From an uncultured Veillonellaceae bacterium (GTDB lineage: Bacteria > Bacillota > Negativicutes > JARBTT01): 64,000 nt of DNA. The translations under genes and the position numbers were made by a program. The stretch covers positions 512,001 to 576,000 of the forward strand of contig CAWDTA010000002.1 in the NCBI GenBank assembly GCA_963805085.1, read 5' to 3'. Under the pieces are notes generated by a model. The model made no database searches, was not told the DNA's origin, and saw only the letters and a list, made by a program, of their open reading frames with translations. Positions 20,557 through 30,621 of the stretch are shown one piece after another (positions within the stretch are counted from its first letter, which is position 1; each line of letters begins with the position of its first letter).

Positions 20557-20897
20557 TAGTCTACCTCCAAATACTCTACCTGCATCTCTCTGCCAGACAA
20601 AATTTCTAGCTGTCCCGAACCACAATTAGGACATAAAAAATTATAATGTTCAATATGCGTATCCTTGCCACATTCCCTGCAATGACCCACTAACGGTATC
20701 TTATGTAGTTTTAATTCAGCTGTTTCTGCTATTGTCCCCCTAGTCAGTGCTGCAAAACAAAATTGCAGAGCATCCGTCTCCACTCCAGACATCTCGCCTA
20801 AGCGGAGGCTGATGCACTGGATTTTTTGCGCTTGATTGCGCGCTGCATAATCCAGTGCAATATCCAATATGCCTTCTGCGATCGCCATCTCATGCAT
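20556..20897 (-). CDS. hypA: Hydrogenase nickel chaperone HypA
   Basis: MHE start and two CxxC motifs. Confidence 0.96.
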   Translation of the reverse strand: MHEMAIAEGILDIALDYAARNQAQKIQCISLRLGEMSGVETDALQFCFAALTRGTIAETAELKLHKIPLVGHCRECGKDTHIEHYNFLCPNCGSGQLEILSGREMQVEYLEVD

Positions 20898-20940
20898 ATA
20901 AAAACCTCCACAGCCGGGCCTGAAAGCCCGGCTGTTTGTT

Positions 20941-21186
20941 TTAAATAACGGCTTCTAAACCGTGTTTTGTAAATACGTCTGTAATTTCCGACAATCTTGT
21001 TTTTGCCGGACTATAATCAATTGTTGTTTCGCCATCATGCGCATGAATATGAACATGATATACTCCTGGTAGTCCTAGCAAAATCCGTTCGACTACATCT
21101 ACATTGTCCTTTTGATAGCCTTTTACAAAAAATTTAAGCTGTGTATTCTTGCCTTGTGCTGAACAGCCGCAATCTGTGCACATCAT
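20941..21186 (-). CDS. Small HMA-like metal-binding protein with N-terminal CxxCGC and HxHxH
   Basis: MCTDCGC...LPGVYHVHIHAHDG...IDY, located inside the hydrogenase operon. Confidence 0.7.
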   Translation of the reverse strand: MMCTDCGCSAQGKNTQLKFFVKGYQKDNVDVVERILLGLPGVYHVHIHAHDGETTIDYSPAKTRLSEITDVFTKHGLEAVI

Positions 21187-21207
21187 AGTTCCCCCAATTT
21201 CCTTTTA

Positions 21208-21972
21208 CTATTTCATTTTTCTTTCTTGCTCGCCAGCAGGCACTGGTTTATGATCCGAAAATGTGTTGGAGCTTTCTTTATCCATGATTTCTCCCACATC
21301 TACTGGTTCATGTTCGAGGATCTTCACGCCGGAAAACATGCTGGAAATCTCGCCTTCGCCTTCCATAAAGTCTGCTCTAATTGCCATATAAACATGACCA
21401 ATCACAAATAACATAATCGCCCAAGCTATATAATGATGAATTAAATGGATCATAAATTCGCTGCCAAAGATACCGATTGTCCAACCAAAAAGCTTTGCTC
21501 CGAAACCATTCGGATTCACCATAAAATACATGGCAAATCCCGTAATGATTTCAATGAGCACCATACTATAAAGCCCTACATAGGACATACGAGCCAATGG
21601 ATTGCGTAAATATGGTTTATGCGACGGTTTAATCAGCATATAGTGCATTGATACATCGATCATTGCCTGCCAAAAAGCAGGTTCCCAAACCCGAGGGAAT
21701 AAACGATCCCCCTTATTAATCACAAAACCATATATTCTCAATATAAATGCCGCAACAAAAATGAATGCCGCTATAAAGTGTATATTGCGAATGAGGTCAA
21801 GCGATATGATCATGCTGCCAAATGTTGGCTCCATGCCAACACCGCCGGACACAGGCTTTGTAACAAATAAGCCCGTCACGAACAAGAGGATGATACAAAT
21901 CACCATAATCCAGTGAAAAATTCGCAAAAACGGACTGAATAGATAATATACCTTCCGAGGTTCTTCACTCAT
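21208..21972 (-). CDS. hyaC: Ni/Fe-hydrogenase b-type cytochrome subunit
   Basis: RIFHW, RNIH, NPLA, HLIHH and GHVY heme ligands; four TM helices. Confidence 0.92.
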   Translation of the reverse strand: MSEEPRKVYYLFSPFLRIFHWIMVICIILLFVTGLFVTKPVSGGVGMEPTFGSMIISLDLIRNIHFIAAFIFVAAFILRIYGFVINKGDRLFPRVWEPAFWQAMIDVSMHYMLIKPSHKPYLRNPLARMSYVGLYSMVLIEIITGFAMYFMVNPNGFGAKLFGWTIGIFGSEFMIHLIHHYIAWAIMLFVIGHVYMAIRADFMEGEGEISSMFSGVKILEHEPVDVGEIMDKESSNTFSDHKPVPAGEQERKMK

Positions 21973-22046
21973 TATCATCGATCCCTGCTACTCGTCCTTC
22001 TCGTAGCTTTTCCTTTCATTATATTCCATATATATTTGTATTGATG

Positions 22047-23957
22047 TCACTCTTGGTTCGTTCTTAAATAAGGGTCTGTTGTCACAACCTTTATCTTCTT
22101 GCCATCGGCATTATATAAATGCGTTGCACAAGCCATACAAGGGTCAAACGAACGAATCACTTTCAAAATTTCCAATGGTTTGTCTGGAATCTTAACCTTC
22201 GTATCCATCATCGCTTTTTCATAAGCACCATGCTCACTCTTATTATCACGTGGGCAAGCATTCCAAGTCGTTGGAACAATGGCCTGATAATTTGCGATTT
22301 TCCCATCCTTAATGACAACCCAATGACTTAAAGCGCCACGTGGTGCTTCATATAGACCAACGCCTTTACATTCTTTTGGCCAAGTCTTCGGATCCCATTT
22401 CGTAGTGTCGGCAACTTTGGTATCGCCAGCTTTAATATTCTTAATCAACTTATTGAAGTAATATTTAGCAATATGTGCATGCACTTGTGCTTCTAACGCC
22501 CGAGTAGCTGTACGACCAACCATTGTCGTCATCCATACCTCTGGTGCCAAATTCAAAACTTTAGACACAGCTTCGATTTGATCCATGATCATTTTTTCTA
22601 CCCAAGTTGGTTCTGTAATCAAACCTTTCTTTATCTTGGTATAAATAATGATATAACGAGATAAAGGTCCAACTTCCGCCATCTTACCGCGCCATTTTGG
22701 TGTCTTAAGCCAAGAATATTTTCCATCTTCATCAAGCGTTTTCCAATCTGTCTTCGTGCCTTCTTTAGGTCCGGTATATTTTGCTTTCGTTACACCTTCC
22801 CAAGGATGAAGATCTTTACCTTCAGCATTTGGATACTCATACCAAGAATGTTCTACGCCTTCATTTAACACCTCTGAATCTGATAAATCTTCGGCTTTAA
22901 AATCATAGAACTTCGCAGCATCCAAGCCTTTACCAAAATCCTCTACTACACCATTACAGCGTAATAATAAATTCTTGTGGAAATCCCCATTGGTCGTTCC
23001 CGTATAAGGTTCATCTGGATAATCTCCAAAGCCTAATACTCTTTCTTTCGCCATTCCGCCGCCATCGACATAGCCCTTTTCTACATACATCTTACCAATC
23101 GCTAAAACATCTGGCAAATAAAAATCATTGACTAAATTAATCGTCGTATTAAGAGAACGATCTACGACTGCTAGACGTTCGGTATTTACCGGCGCATTCA
23201 TATCATCCATAGAAATTGAGCAAGGCATTCCGCCAACAACATAGTGTGGATGCGGATTTTTACCGCCAAAAATAACATGTGAAATAACAATTTCCCGCTG
23301 TTTATCAAGCATTTCCAAATAATGCGCTATGCCTAAAAGATGCACTTCTGGTGGCAATATTTGAAAATCAGGATGATCCCACCATTGCGCAGCAAAAATA
23401 CCAAGTTGTCCGCTTTCGACAATGTCTTTTACCTTTTTTTGAATTTTTTGATAATAAGCCGGCGTTGCTTTTGGAAATTCTTTTGGATAGGCTTCTGTAT
23501 CAAGAACTTCTGGTTCGGTAACTTTCACTTGATACGTTGAAAGTATTGTATTTTGCAATGCTGCCGTTGCTGCAGGATCCGCCTTTAGAGCTTCTACTGG
23601 ACTCACCCAGTCTAAAGCATGCAAATGATAAAAATGAATTACGTGATCCTGTACTGATTGTACTGCCGCCATGATATTTCTTATGTAATTTGCATTTTTA
23701 GGAATTGTAATTCCTAAAGCATCCTCTACTGCACGTAAAGAACCAAGTGCATGTGCTGTCGTACAGACACCACAAATTCTCTGAATAAATGCCCAACCAT
23801 CTCGTGGATCTCTATCGTTCATAATAAGTTCTAAACCACGCCAAGCAGTACCACTCGATAAAGCGTCTTCTACTTTGCCCGTTGCTTCATCTACTTTAAC
23901 TTCTACCCTTAAATGACCTTCAATACGCGTAATCGGATCAACTACAACTCGCTTCAT
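22047..23957 (-). CDS. hyaB: Group 1 [NiFe] hydrogenase large subunit
   Basis: DPITRIEGH, RICGVC and DPCMACATH, with a cleavable C-terminal tail. Confidence 0.96.
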   Translation of the reverse strand: MKRVVVDPITRIEGHLRVEVKVDEATGKVEDALSSGTAWRGLELIMNDRDPRDGWAFIQRICGVCTTAHALGSLRAVEDALGITIPKNANYIRNIMAAVQSVQDHVIHFYHLHALDWVSPVEALKADPAATAALQNTILSTYQVKVTEPEVLDTEAYPKEFPKATPAYYQKIQKKVKDIVESGQLGIFAAQWWDHPDFQILPPEVHLLGIAHYLEMLDKQREIVISHVIFGGKNPHPHYVVGGMPCSISMDDMNAPVNTERLAVVDRSLNTTINLVNDFYLPDVLAIGKMYVEKGYVDGGGMAKERVLGFGDYPDEPYTGTTNGDFHKNLLLRCNGVVEDFGKGLDAAKFYDFKAEDLSDSEVLNEGVEHSWYEYPNAEGKDLHPWEGVTKAKYTGPKEGTKTDWKTLDEDGKYSWLKTPKWRGKMAEVGPLSRYIIIYTKIKKGLITEPTWVEKMIMDQIEAVSKVLNLAPEVWMTTMVGRTATRALEAQVHAHIAKYYFNKLIKNIKAGDTKVADTTKWDPKTWPKECKGVGLYEAPRGALSHWVVIKDGKIANYQAIVPTTWNACPRDNKSEHGAYEKAMMDTKVKIPDKPLEILKVIRSFDPCMACATHLYNADGKKIKVVTTDPYLRTNQE

Positions 23958-25054
23958 TATTCCACCTTCTTCCCGTCAGACTTTTCCTCAGCTGCCTGGC
24001 GTTTTTTCTTCTGTACTACAGACATTGCGCCATGAAGAGCAACACCAGCAGCGGTTAATCCAACAGCCGCCGCACCTATTTTGTCGATATCACCAAGTAT
24101 TGGTCCATACTCTGGCAGACGTTTATAAAATGGCGCTTCATCCCAGAAATGATCATTACTGCAACCAATGCAACCATGTCCAGATTGTATTGGATACGAA
24201 AGGCCATTCCACCATCTTAAGTTTCCGCAAGAATTATAAGTTACCGGACCGCGGCAACCTAGTTTATAGAGACACCAGCCAGCTTTTGAACCAGCATCAT
24301 CAAAATTTTCTGCAAACATTCCCGTATCAAAAAACGGACGACGATAGCAGGTATCATGAATACGGTTACCATAAAATTGTTTTGGACGACCTTCGCTATC
24401 AAGCGGTGGCAATTTTCCAAACAAGGCGTAATGCATAACAACGCCTGTCATCACTTCTGGAATCGGTGGGCAACCTGGAACCTTAACGATCGGTTTACTA
24501 TTACCGACAATCTCTCTTATACTAACCGATCCCGTAGGATTTGGTTTAGCAGCTTGAATGCCGCCACTGGTTGCACATGATCCATACTCAATAATTGCTG
24601 CAGCGTTCTTAGCTACTTCTTTCAATACCGTTACAAATGGTTTTCCACCAGTCATACAATAAATGCCGTTTTCAGCTGTCGCGGCTGCACCTTCTACTGC
24701 CAAGATATACTTGCCAGAATATTGCTGCATGATATCATGCAAATGCGCTTCAAATGGTTCACCAGCCCCTGCACTTAGTGCATGGCTATATTCCAATGCA
24801 ATCGAATTCAACACTACATCGGAAGTAAGTGGTGTTCCCGACCGAAGAAATGATTCATCACAACCGGTACATTCATGCCCATGAAGCCAGATGACAACCG
24901 GCAAAGGATTTTTTTCTGCGGCTGCAACGACCTTCGATACCATATCAGTATTAAGCCCCATGATACTGGTCAATGCCACACACGACTTAAGAAAGCTACG
25001 ACGGTTGATGTTTTTTCGGAGACAGACGTCCCACATAGTTTCTGATTTATCCAC
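23957..25054 (-). CDS. hyaA: [NiFe] hydrogenase small subunit with Tat signal and C-terminal anchor
   Basis: RRSFLK, ECTGC, GCPP, HDTC and CLYKLGCRGP. GTG start after a GAGGAGGGG RBS. Confidence 0.95.
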   Translation of the reverse strand: MDKSETMWDVCLRKNINRRSFLKSCVALTSIMGLNTDMVSKVVAAAEKNPLPVVIWLHGHECTGCDESFLRSGTPLTSDVVLNSIALEYSHALSAGAGEPFEAHLHDIMQQYSGKYILAVEGAAATAENGIYCMTGGKPFVTVLKEVAKNAAAIIEYGSCATSGGIQAAKPNPTGSVSIREIVGNSKPIVKVPGCPPIPEVMTGVVMHYALFGKLPPLDSEGRPKQFYGNRIHDTCYRRPFFDTGMFAENFDDAGSKAGWCLYKLGCRGPVTYNSCGNLRWWNGLSYPIQSGHGCIGCSNDHFWDEAPFYKRLPEYGPILGDIDKIGAAAVGLTAAGVALHGAMSVVQKKKRQAAEEKSDGKKVE

Positions 25055-25584
25055 TATACCCCTCCTCATTTCATTGGATGATGCAATACTTACAGGAAAC
25101 CGCATTTATTTTTTACATCACCTGCCTTTCAGCTGCCATTGATGAAAAAATTTTTATACAACAAATAGCCTCTTTATATTCTAAAGAAGCTACTTGCTTT
25201 TTGTTTCAATGGATATGCACATCCTATTGCCTTTGATCAGTCTGAAATCTTTTGATGCTTCTCCATTGAAATATACAAAAAACATAGCCAAACATAAGAA
25301 TAAAACAATTTAAATATTACCTTTTTTCTACATTATATTCCCAACATAAAGAAAAGTCTATATTTATCAACCCTTATTTTATCATAAATTTTTTTAATGA
25401 TTCATTTGTGAAATAAAAACTCCTTATACACTAGTTATTTTTTTAACCACTCCTTCAACTTTAAGCTCTAATACATAGTTAAACATATAAAAACTACACC
25501 TCTAAATATTAGATTTATTTAGCTACTATTTAGAGGTGTAGTTCAAGACTAGGGGTAACCGTTTAAATAATGGACTATAACCTC

Positions 25585-25707
25585 CTAATACTGGCAATAT
25601 TCATCAATCAAATTGATATCTAAGAGCAGCCGGCGATGAGATCCATCGGCGATAATTTGGTGATTTCCTCCCAACACAATAACGCGATTAGCACTCTCCG
25701 GTATACA
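25585..25707 (-). pseudogene. Possible 3' remnant of an ABC/ECF (CbiO/NikO-like) ATPase gene
   Basis: The minus strand reads ...SANRVIVLGGNHQIIADGSHRRLLLDINLIDEY..*, resembling the post-H-loop segment of ABC ATPases. It is cut at the REP-like site at 25711. Confidence 0.4.
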
Positions 25708-25727
25708 AGTAGACGACTATTTTTGTC

Positions 25728-26480
25728 TTATTTTGTTATTTTATTTACCCTGTCCTTATTAATTCCTGTGATCTCTGCTATTTTTCTTAATGGTAAATTT
25801 GTTTTCTCTTTAAATTTTTTCAGTTTCTCTTCTAAGTTCTCTTCACTTTTTGCAAGCTCATTCCATAACTTTATTGCTTGGCTTTCTTCCATTCGATTTG
25901 CTTTTTCATCTATTTCAATAAATTTATCTTCTTCTTTCATATTTGTGAATTTGATAAACTCTTCTTTTGCTTCATTTTTATCTTCTGAAAATATTCCTAG
26001 AACTAATTCTTTATCTATTGCCTTTGCTAAAGCAGTATCTTCTTCTATATAGCCTTTATAACTACTCCATTTATATTTTTCTGCTTTTTTCACGATGCCA
26101 GCTTTGACTGGATTTTTATGAATATACCTTGTTGCCATTAATAGATAGCTATCATCTTCTATTTTTTCGCTTCTATATCTATCTTGAAATAGGTGGCCTG
26201 TCTTTTTATATTTTTTATTAAAGTAAAAGACATAGCTAATATTGATTCGTTTCATTATATTAGCTATGTCTTCTTCTCTTTCTTGCAATAGCAAATGGGC
26301 ATGATTATCCATTATGCAAAATGCAATAAGACCATATCTGTTATTTTCTTTTTTCGTTTTTAGTATTTCTATAAAGTGCATTTTATCTTGGTCATCTATG
26401 AAGATATCTTTTCGATCGTTACCTTTTATCACTATATGGTAATACCCTGTATTACTTTTATCTCTTTGCTGTCTTGGCAT
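25728..26480 (-). CDS. REP-associated tyrosine transposase (RAYT, HUH Y1), family A
   Basis: YHIVIKGN, CIMDNHAHLL, HLFQDRY, YIHKNPVKAG and YKWSSY; flanked by palindromes. Confidence 0.9.
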   Translation of the reverse strand: MPRQQRDKSNTGYYHIVIKGNDRKDIFIDDQDKMHFIEILKTKKENNRYGLIAFCIMDNHAHLLLQEREEDIANIMKRINISYVFYFNKKYKKTGHLFQDRYRSEKIEDDSYLLMATRYIHKNPVKAGIVKKAEKYKWSSYKGYIEEDTALAKAIDKELVLGIFSEDKNEAKEEFIKFTNMKEEDKFIEIDEKANRMEESQAIKLWNELAKSEENLEEKLKKFKEKTNLPLRKIAEITGINKDRVNKITK

Positions 26481-26531
26481 GATAATCCACTCCTTTTTTC
26501 CCCAGATTATCATACCAGATTAGTTTAGTCA

Positions 26532-26557
26532 AGACAAAAAGAACCGTCACCTCGTCT
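26532..26557. repeat. REP-like palindrome, family A
   Basis: AGACAAAAAGAACCGTCACCTCGTCT. Other copies at 34416-34441, 33817-33842 (inverted) and 25711-25728 (degenerate); all flank RAYT-A genes. Confidence 0.75.
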
Positions 26558-26684
26558 ACTCGGATTGAAAAGATTATCGGACGCAACTTGTGTATATCTC
26601 CAAAAAAAATCATAATGTGTTGTGTATTGCACCATTTTGTAAAATATAGTCGTATTTTAATGTAAATTACAAATAATGAAATTA

Positions 26685-26714
26685 TTGACATATAGGGGCT
26701 TGTTATGTTAATAT
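26685..26714 (+). promoter_or_regulatory. Sigma70 promoter of the tRNA-like RNA
   Basis: TTGACA-18 bp-TAATAT with an extended -10 TG; conserved in the second copy. Confidence 0.7.
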
Positions 26715-26727
26715 TTGTATATGACAC

Positions 26728-26815
26728 GGAGAGGTGGTCGAGTTGGCTTAAGACAATTGATTAATTTCAGTGTACGTTTTACGTACCGTAGGTTCAAATC
26801 CTACTCTCTCCGCCA
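26728..26815 (+). tRNA. tRNA-Ser-like RNA with aberrant anticodon arm (copy A)
   Basis: Acceptor GGAGAGG/TCTCTCC, G73 and encoded CCA, D-arm GTC..GG..GAC, long variable arm GTACG-TTTTA-CGTAC and T-arm GTAGG-TTCAAAT-CCTAC. The anticodon arm ATTGA-TTAATT-TCAGT has a 6-nt loop and no Ser anticodon. Confidence 0.85.
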
Positions 26816-26826
26816 ATAAAAAATGT

Positions 26827-26859
26827 AAAACTATTATGTGTGAGCATAGTAGTTTTTTT
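26827..26859 (+). terminator. Intrinsic terminator after the tRNA-like RNA
   Basis: AAAACTATTATG-tgtgag-CATAGTAGTTTT followed by a T-run; present in both copies. Confidence 0.65.
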
Positions 26860-26890
26860 ACAAATATCAAAAAGTTAGGAGAATTTTATT

Positions 26891-27022
26891 ATGTCATTAT
26901 CACAATTAGCAATAATTGAAGATTATCATTCTTTGGAAGTATCTAGAACAACTTATCCTAACTACAAATACTATTGCGTTAAATACAATTTAAGCACTAA
27001 GGATAATATTACATTAATTTAA
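26891..27022 (+). pseudogene. 43-aa truncated paralog of the 296-aa protein at 32557-33447 (or a small peptide)
   Basis: MSLSQLAIIEDYHSLEVSRTTYPNYKYYCVKYNLSTKDNITLI*; the first ~32 aa align with the 296-aa protein. AGGAG RBS. Confidence 0.7.
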
Positions 27023-27085
27023 AACTATGAATGATTATAGTAATATGCATGGCTATTAATAAAAAATAGAAGGGGATATGCTAAC

Positions 27086-28105
27086 ATGAAAAAAAACAAA
27101 TGTAGTAATCTTGAAAAAATTGAATTTCAGCTTACAACTTCGTGCAACATGAAGTGCAAATTTTGTTTTCATGGTGATGAAGTATCTTACCAAAGATTAG
27201 ATACTGATGTAGTATGCAAGTCTATCAAAGAACTCACATTTCAAACAAAATCAGGTTATCCTTATGCAAATCTAAAGTCTGTATGGCTGACTGGTGGAGA
27301 GCCTCTGTTAGAAATGGAGGCCGTTTCAGAAATCATTAAAATAAGCAAATCTATGAATTTAATAACTGTCATAAGCACAAATGGACTCCTTCTTGAAAAA
27401 AATCTTGATCAATTACTGAAATCTGGTTTGGATGAAGTTAAAATTTCATTAGATTCGCTAGATACTAATTTATTTCAAAACCTTAGAGGTGGATCGCTGT
27501 CAACCGTTCTAAATAATATTAAATTAGTAGCAAAGACTCCTATAAAAACACATATTAGAATAACAGTGAACAATGACAATGTTAATAGTATTGGTAACAT
27601 TGTTGAAGAAATGGCAGATGTTGGCCTTGCTACTATTGAACTTAAAGCGGTTCTTCCAATAGGTCGTTCTGATTTTAGATTCATGCCTAATCACAATATA
27701 CTAGAAAAGGCAATAAACGATGCAATAAAAAAAATACCACCAAATAAGGCAACTCCATATGTAACAACGATATGTAATTATCTTGCTCCATGTAAAGGAT
27801 TTTCTGTTAGTCCAAATATCCCTTGCACTTGTAGTCACTCATCACTTTATATAGCTGCTACTGGAGATATCCTTCCCTGTGGGTATTTTCCAAAAGAAAG
27901 TCAATATAATATTTATCGCGATTCTCTTTTAGATGGATGGACAGGTTCCTTTTTTAATACTATAAGAAACAGTGCTCCTGAGAAGTGTACAACATGTAAA
28001 GACTGGGATTTATGTAAGAATGGATGCCCAGCAGTGCTTTATAACCATGGTGACCTTAATAACTCTTGTTTTGAGCTCATTACTGAAAAAATAGCAAAAA
28101 ATTAA
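27086..28105 (+). CDS. Radical SAM enzyme with SPASM domain
   Basis: CNMKCKFC, TGGEPLL, STNG, ISLDS, and a C-terminal C...GDILPC...CTTC..WDLCKNGCPA...C. Confidence 0.92.
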   Translation: MKKNKCSNLEKIEFQLTTSCNMKCKFCFHGDEVSYQRLDTDVVCKSIKELTFQTKSGYPYANLKSVWLTGGEPLLEMEAVSEIIKISKSMNLITVISTNGLLLEKNLDQLLKSGLDEVKISLDSLDTNLFQNLRGGSLSTVLNNIKLVAKTPIKTHIRITVNNDNVNSIGNIVEEMADVGLATIELKAVLPIGRSDFRFMPNHNILEKAINDAIKKIPPNKATPYVTTICNYLAPCKGFSVSPNIPCTCSHSSLYIAATGDILPCGYFPKESQYNIYRDSLLDGWTGSFFNTIRNSAPEKCTTCKDWDLCKNGCPAVLYNHGDLNNSCFELITEKIAKN

Positions 28106-28171
28106 TTATTATTGGTCATTGTCAATAATAATTAATGATAATCTATTTTACATTTTTAGGAGAGTATTTTC

Positions 28172-29344
28172 ATGTTATTGTCCAATAAAAAAAAGATAGT
28201 AATACTTTCAGTCGCACATTTGATTAATGACTGGTATATGAATTTCATTCAGGTTTTAATGCCATTTTTCGTAATGTATGGAATAGGATTAAGTAAGGGC
28301 GCTTTCCTGATAGCTGCATTCACAATTACTTCATCCTTAATGCAGCCGTTGTTTGGTTATTTAGTCGATCATAAAAATCAGCAATGGATGATCTATTTTG
28401 GCACTGCTTGGATGGCGATATTTGTAAGCCTGCTTGGAAGGTTTAATAATTATCCATTATTAGTTATTGTTGCGACTTTATCTGGTGTAGGGACAGCTGC
28501 ATTTCATCCTCAGGCTTCTGCTATAGTTAGCGCATTAAGTAATAATAGAAAGAACTTTTTTCAAGCTTGCTTTATTGCTGCAGGAAATCTTGGTGGAGCA
28601 CTTACTCCAGTAATTGTTATTCCTTTTGTTGAAGTTTATGGTCTAGAGCTGATGCCTGTATTTATATTGCCAGGAGTAGGGATTGCTATTTTACTTTGGT
28701 TATTTTCTGCACCTAAAAAACCAGTGAAAGAGCAGCTTGTTCTTTCATCATTACCGCCAATTCCTCGTAGTTCTTTGGTAGAGCTTAGTAAGTTAGTAAT
28801 AGTTGTATCAATTCGTTCACTGGTTAATTATGGGTTAATTGCTTTTTTGCCATTATATCTTCAATCGATGAATGTTTCTCTTCAAGCCAGTAGCCATCTG
28901 CTTTTTATAATGTTATTTTTCGGGGCTATTGGTGGGATTTTAGGCGGATATTTAGCAGATATCTTTGGAAGAAAATTAATACTTGTAGGTTCATTATTTA
29001 TTTCCAGTCCTCTATTTTACTTTTTCCTTAATAGTGATGGCTTTACAAGTAAAGTATTTTTAGCCTTCGCTGGAACGGCACTTTTAGCATCATATTCTAT
29101 TACGGTAGTGATTGCGCAAGAAATTATTAATACTAGAACATCTCTTGCATCTGGGATAATAGTTGGATTTAGCAATGGAGCCGGTGGACTTGGTGTGGGG
29201 ATTTTAGGACTAATCGCCGAACATATGGGCATTGCATATATTATCAATTTATTAATTTGGATACCTTTAATTATTAGCTTATTTAGTTTGATTATTAATG
29301 ATAAGCAGGATTCTACTCTACGTTTTTCAAATAGTGAGATATAA
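28172..29344 (+). CDS. MFS transporter (Fsr-like)
   Basis: About 12 TM helices; HLIND, AAFHPQA and GYLADIFGRK motifs. Confidence 0.9.
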   Translation: MLLSNKKKIVILSVAHLINDWYMNFIQVLMPFFVMYGIGLSKGAFLIAAFTITSSLMQPLFGYLVDHKNQQWMIYFGTAWMAIFVSLLGRFNNYPLLVIVATLSGVGTAAFHPQASAIVSALSNNRKNFFQACFIAAGNLGGALTPVIVIPFVEVYGLELMPVFILPGVGIAILLWLFSAPKKPVKEQLVLSSLPPIPRSSLVELSKLVIVVSIRSLVNYGLIAFLPLYLQSMNVSLQASSHLLFIMLFFGAIGGILGGYLADIFGRKLILVGSLFISSPLFYFFLNSDGFTSKVFLAFAGTALLASYSITVVIAQEIINTRTSLASGIIVGFSNGAGGLGVGILGLIAEHMGIAYIINLLIWIPLIISLFSLIINDKQDSTLRFSNSEI

Positions 29345-29383
29345 TCAGGTAATAAAGAAGTCTGTCGGAGCAGGTGAGATAGA

Positions 29384-30440
<1,057 letters not shown>

Positions 30441-30581
30441 TCGCCAGAACTAATTTAATAAGATAACTATTTAATATCTACCTATATTTTCACTCCCATC
30501 GGTCTAAATTTTGTCCAGGGATAAGCTCGTTCTACTGTCATTACATGGTGTCTGAATGTCTCCCCGGTTTCACTGTCCTGA

Positions 30582-30621
30582 TAAAATGAATAAACCCCCA
30601 TAATCGGGGGTTTATTCATTT
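30582..30621. terminator. Bidirectional terminator between the two convergent operons
   Basis: AAAATGAATAAACCCCC-ataatc-GGGGGTTTATTCATTTT. Confidence 0.8.

Larger units (their letters stand above)
26626..26986 (+). repeat. About 360-bp module (promoter, tRNA-like RNA, terminator, ORF 5' end), inverted repeat of 33352-33714
   Basis: Near-identical to the reverse complement of 33352-33714 by direct reading. Confidence 0.92.

Noticed and set aside
22047-22160. [NiFeSe] hydrogenase
   Set aside because: The C-terminal motif is DPCMAC with Cys codons and no in-frame TGA.
26558-26625. RIEKIIGRNL as a PucR-type HTH remnant beside a REP
   Set aside because: Too short to distinguish from chance.
26728-26815. 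tRNA-Sec or allo-tRNA
   Set aside because: The acceptor/T stems are a standard 7/5, the D-stem is short and there is no UCA anticodon.
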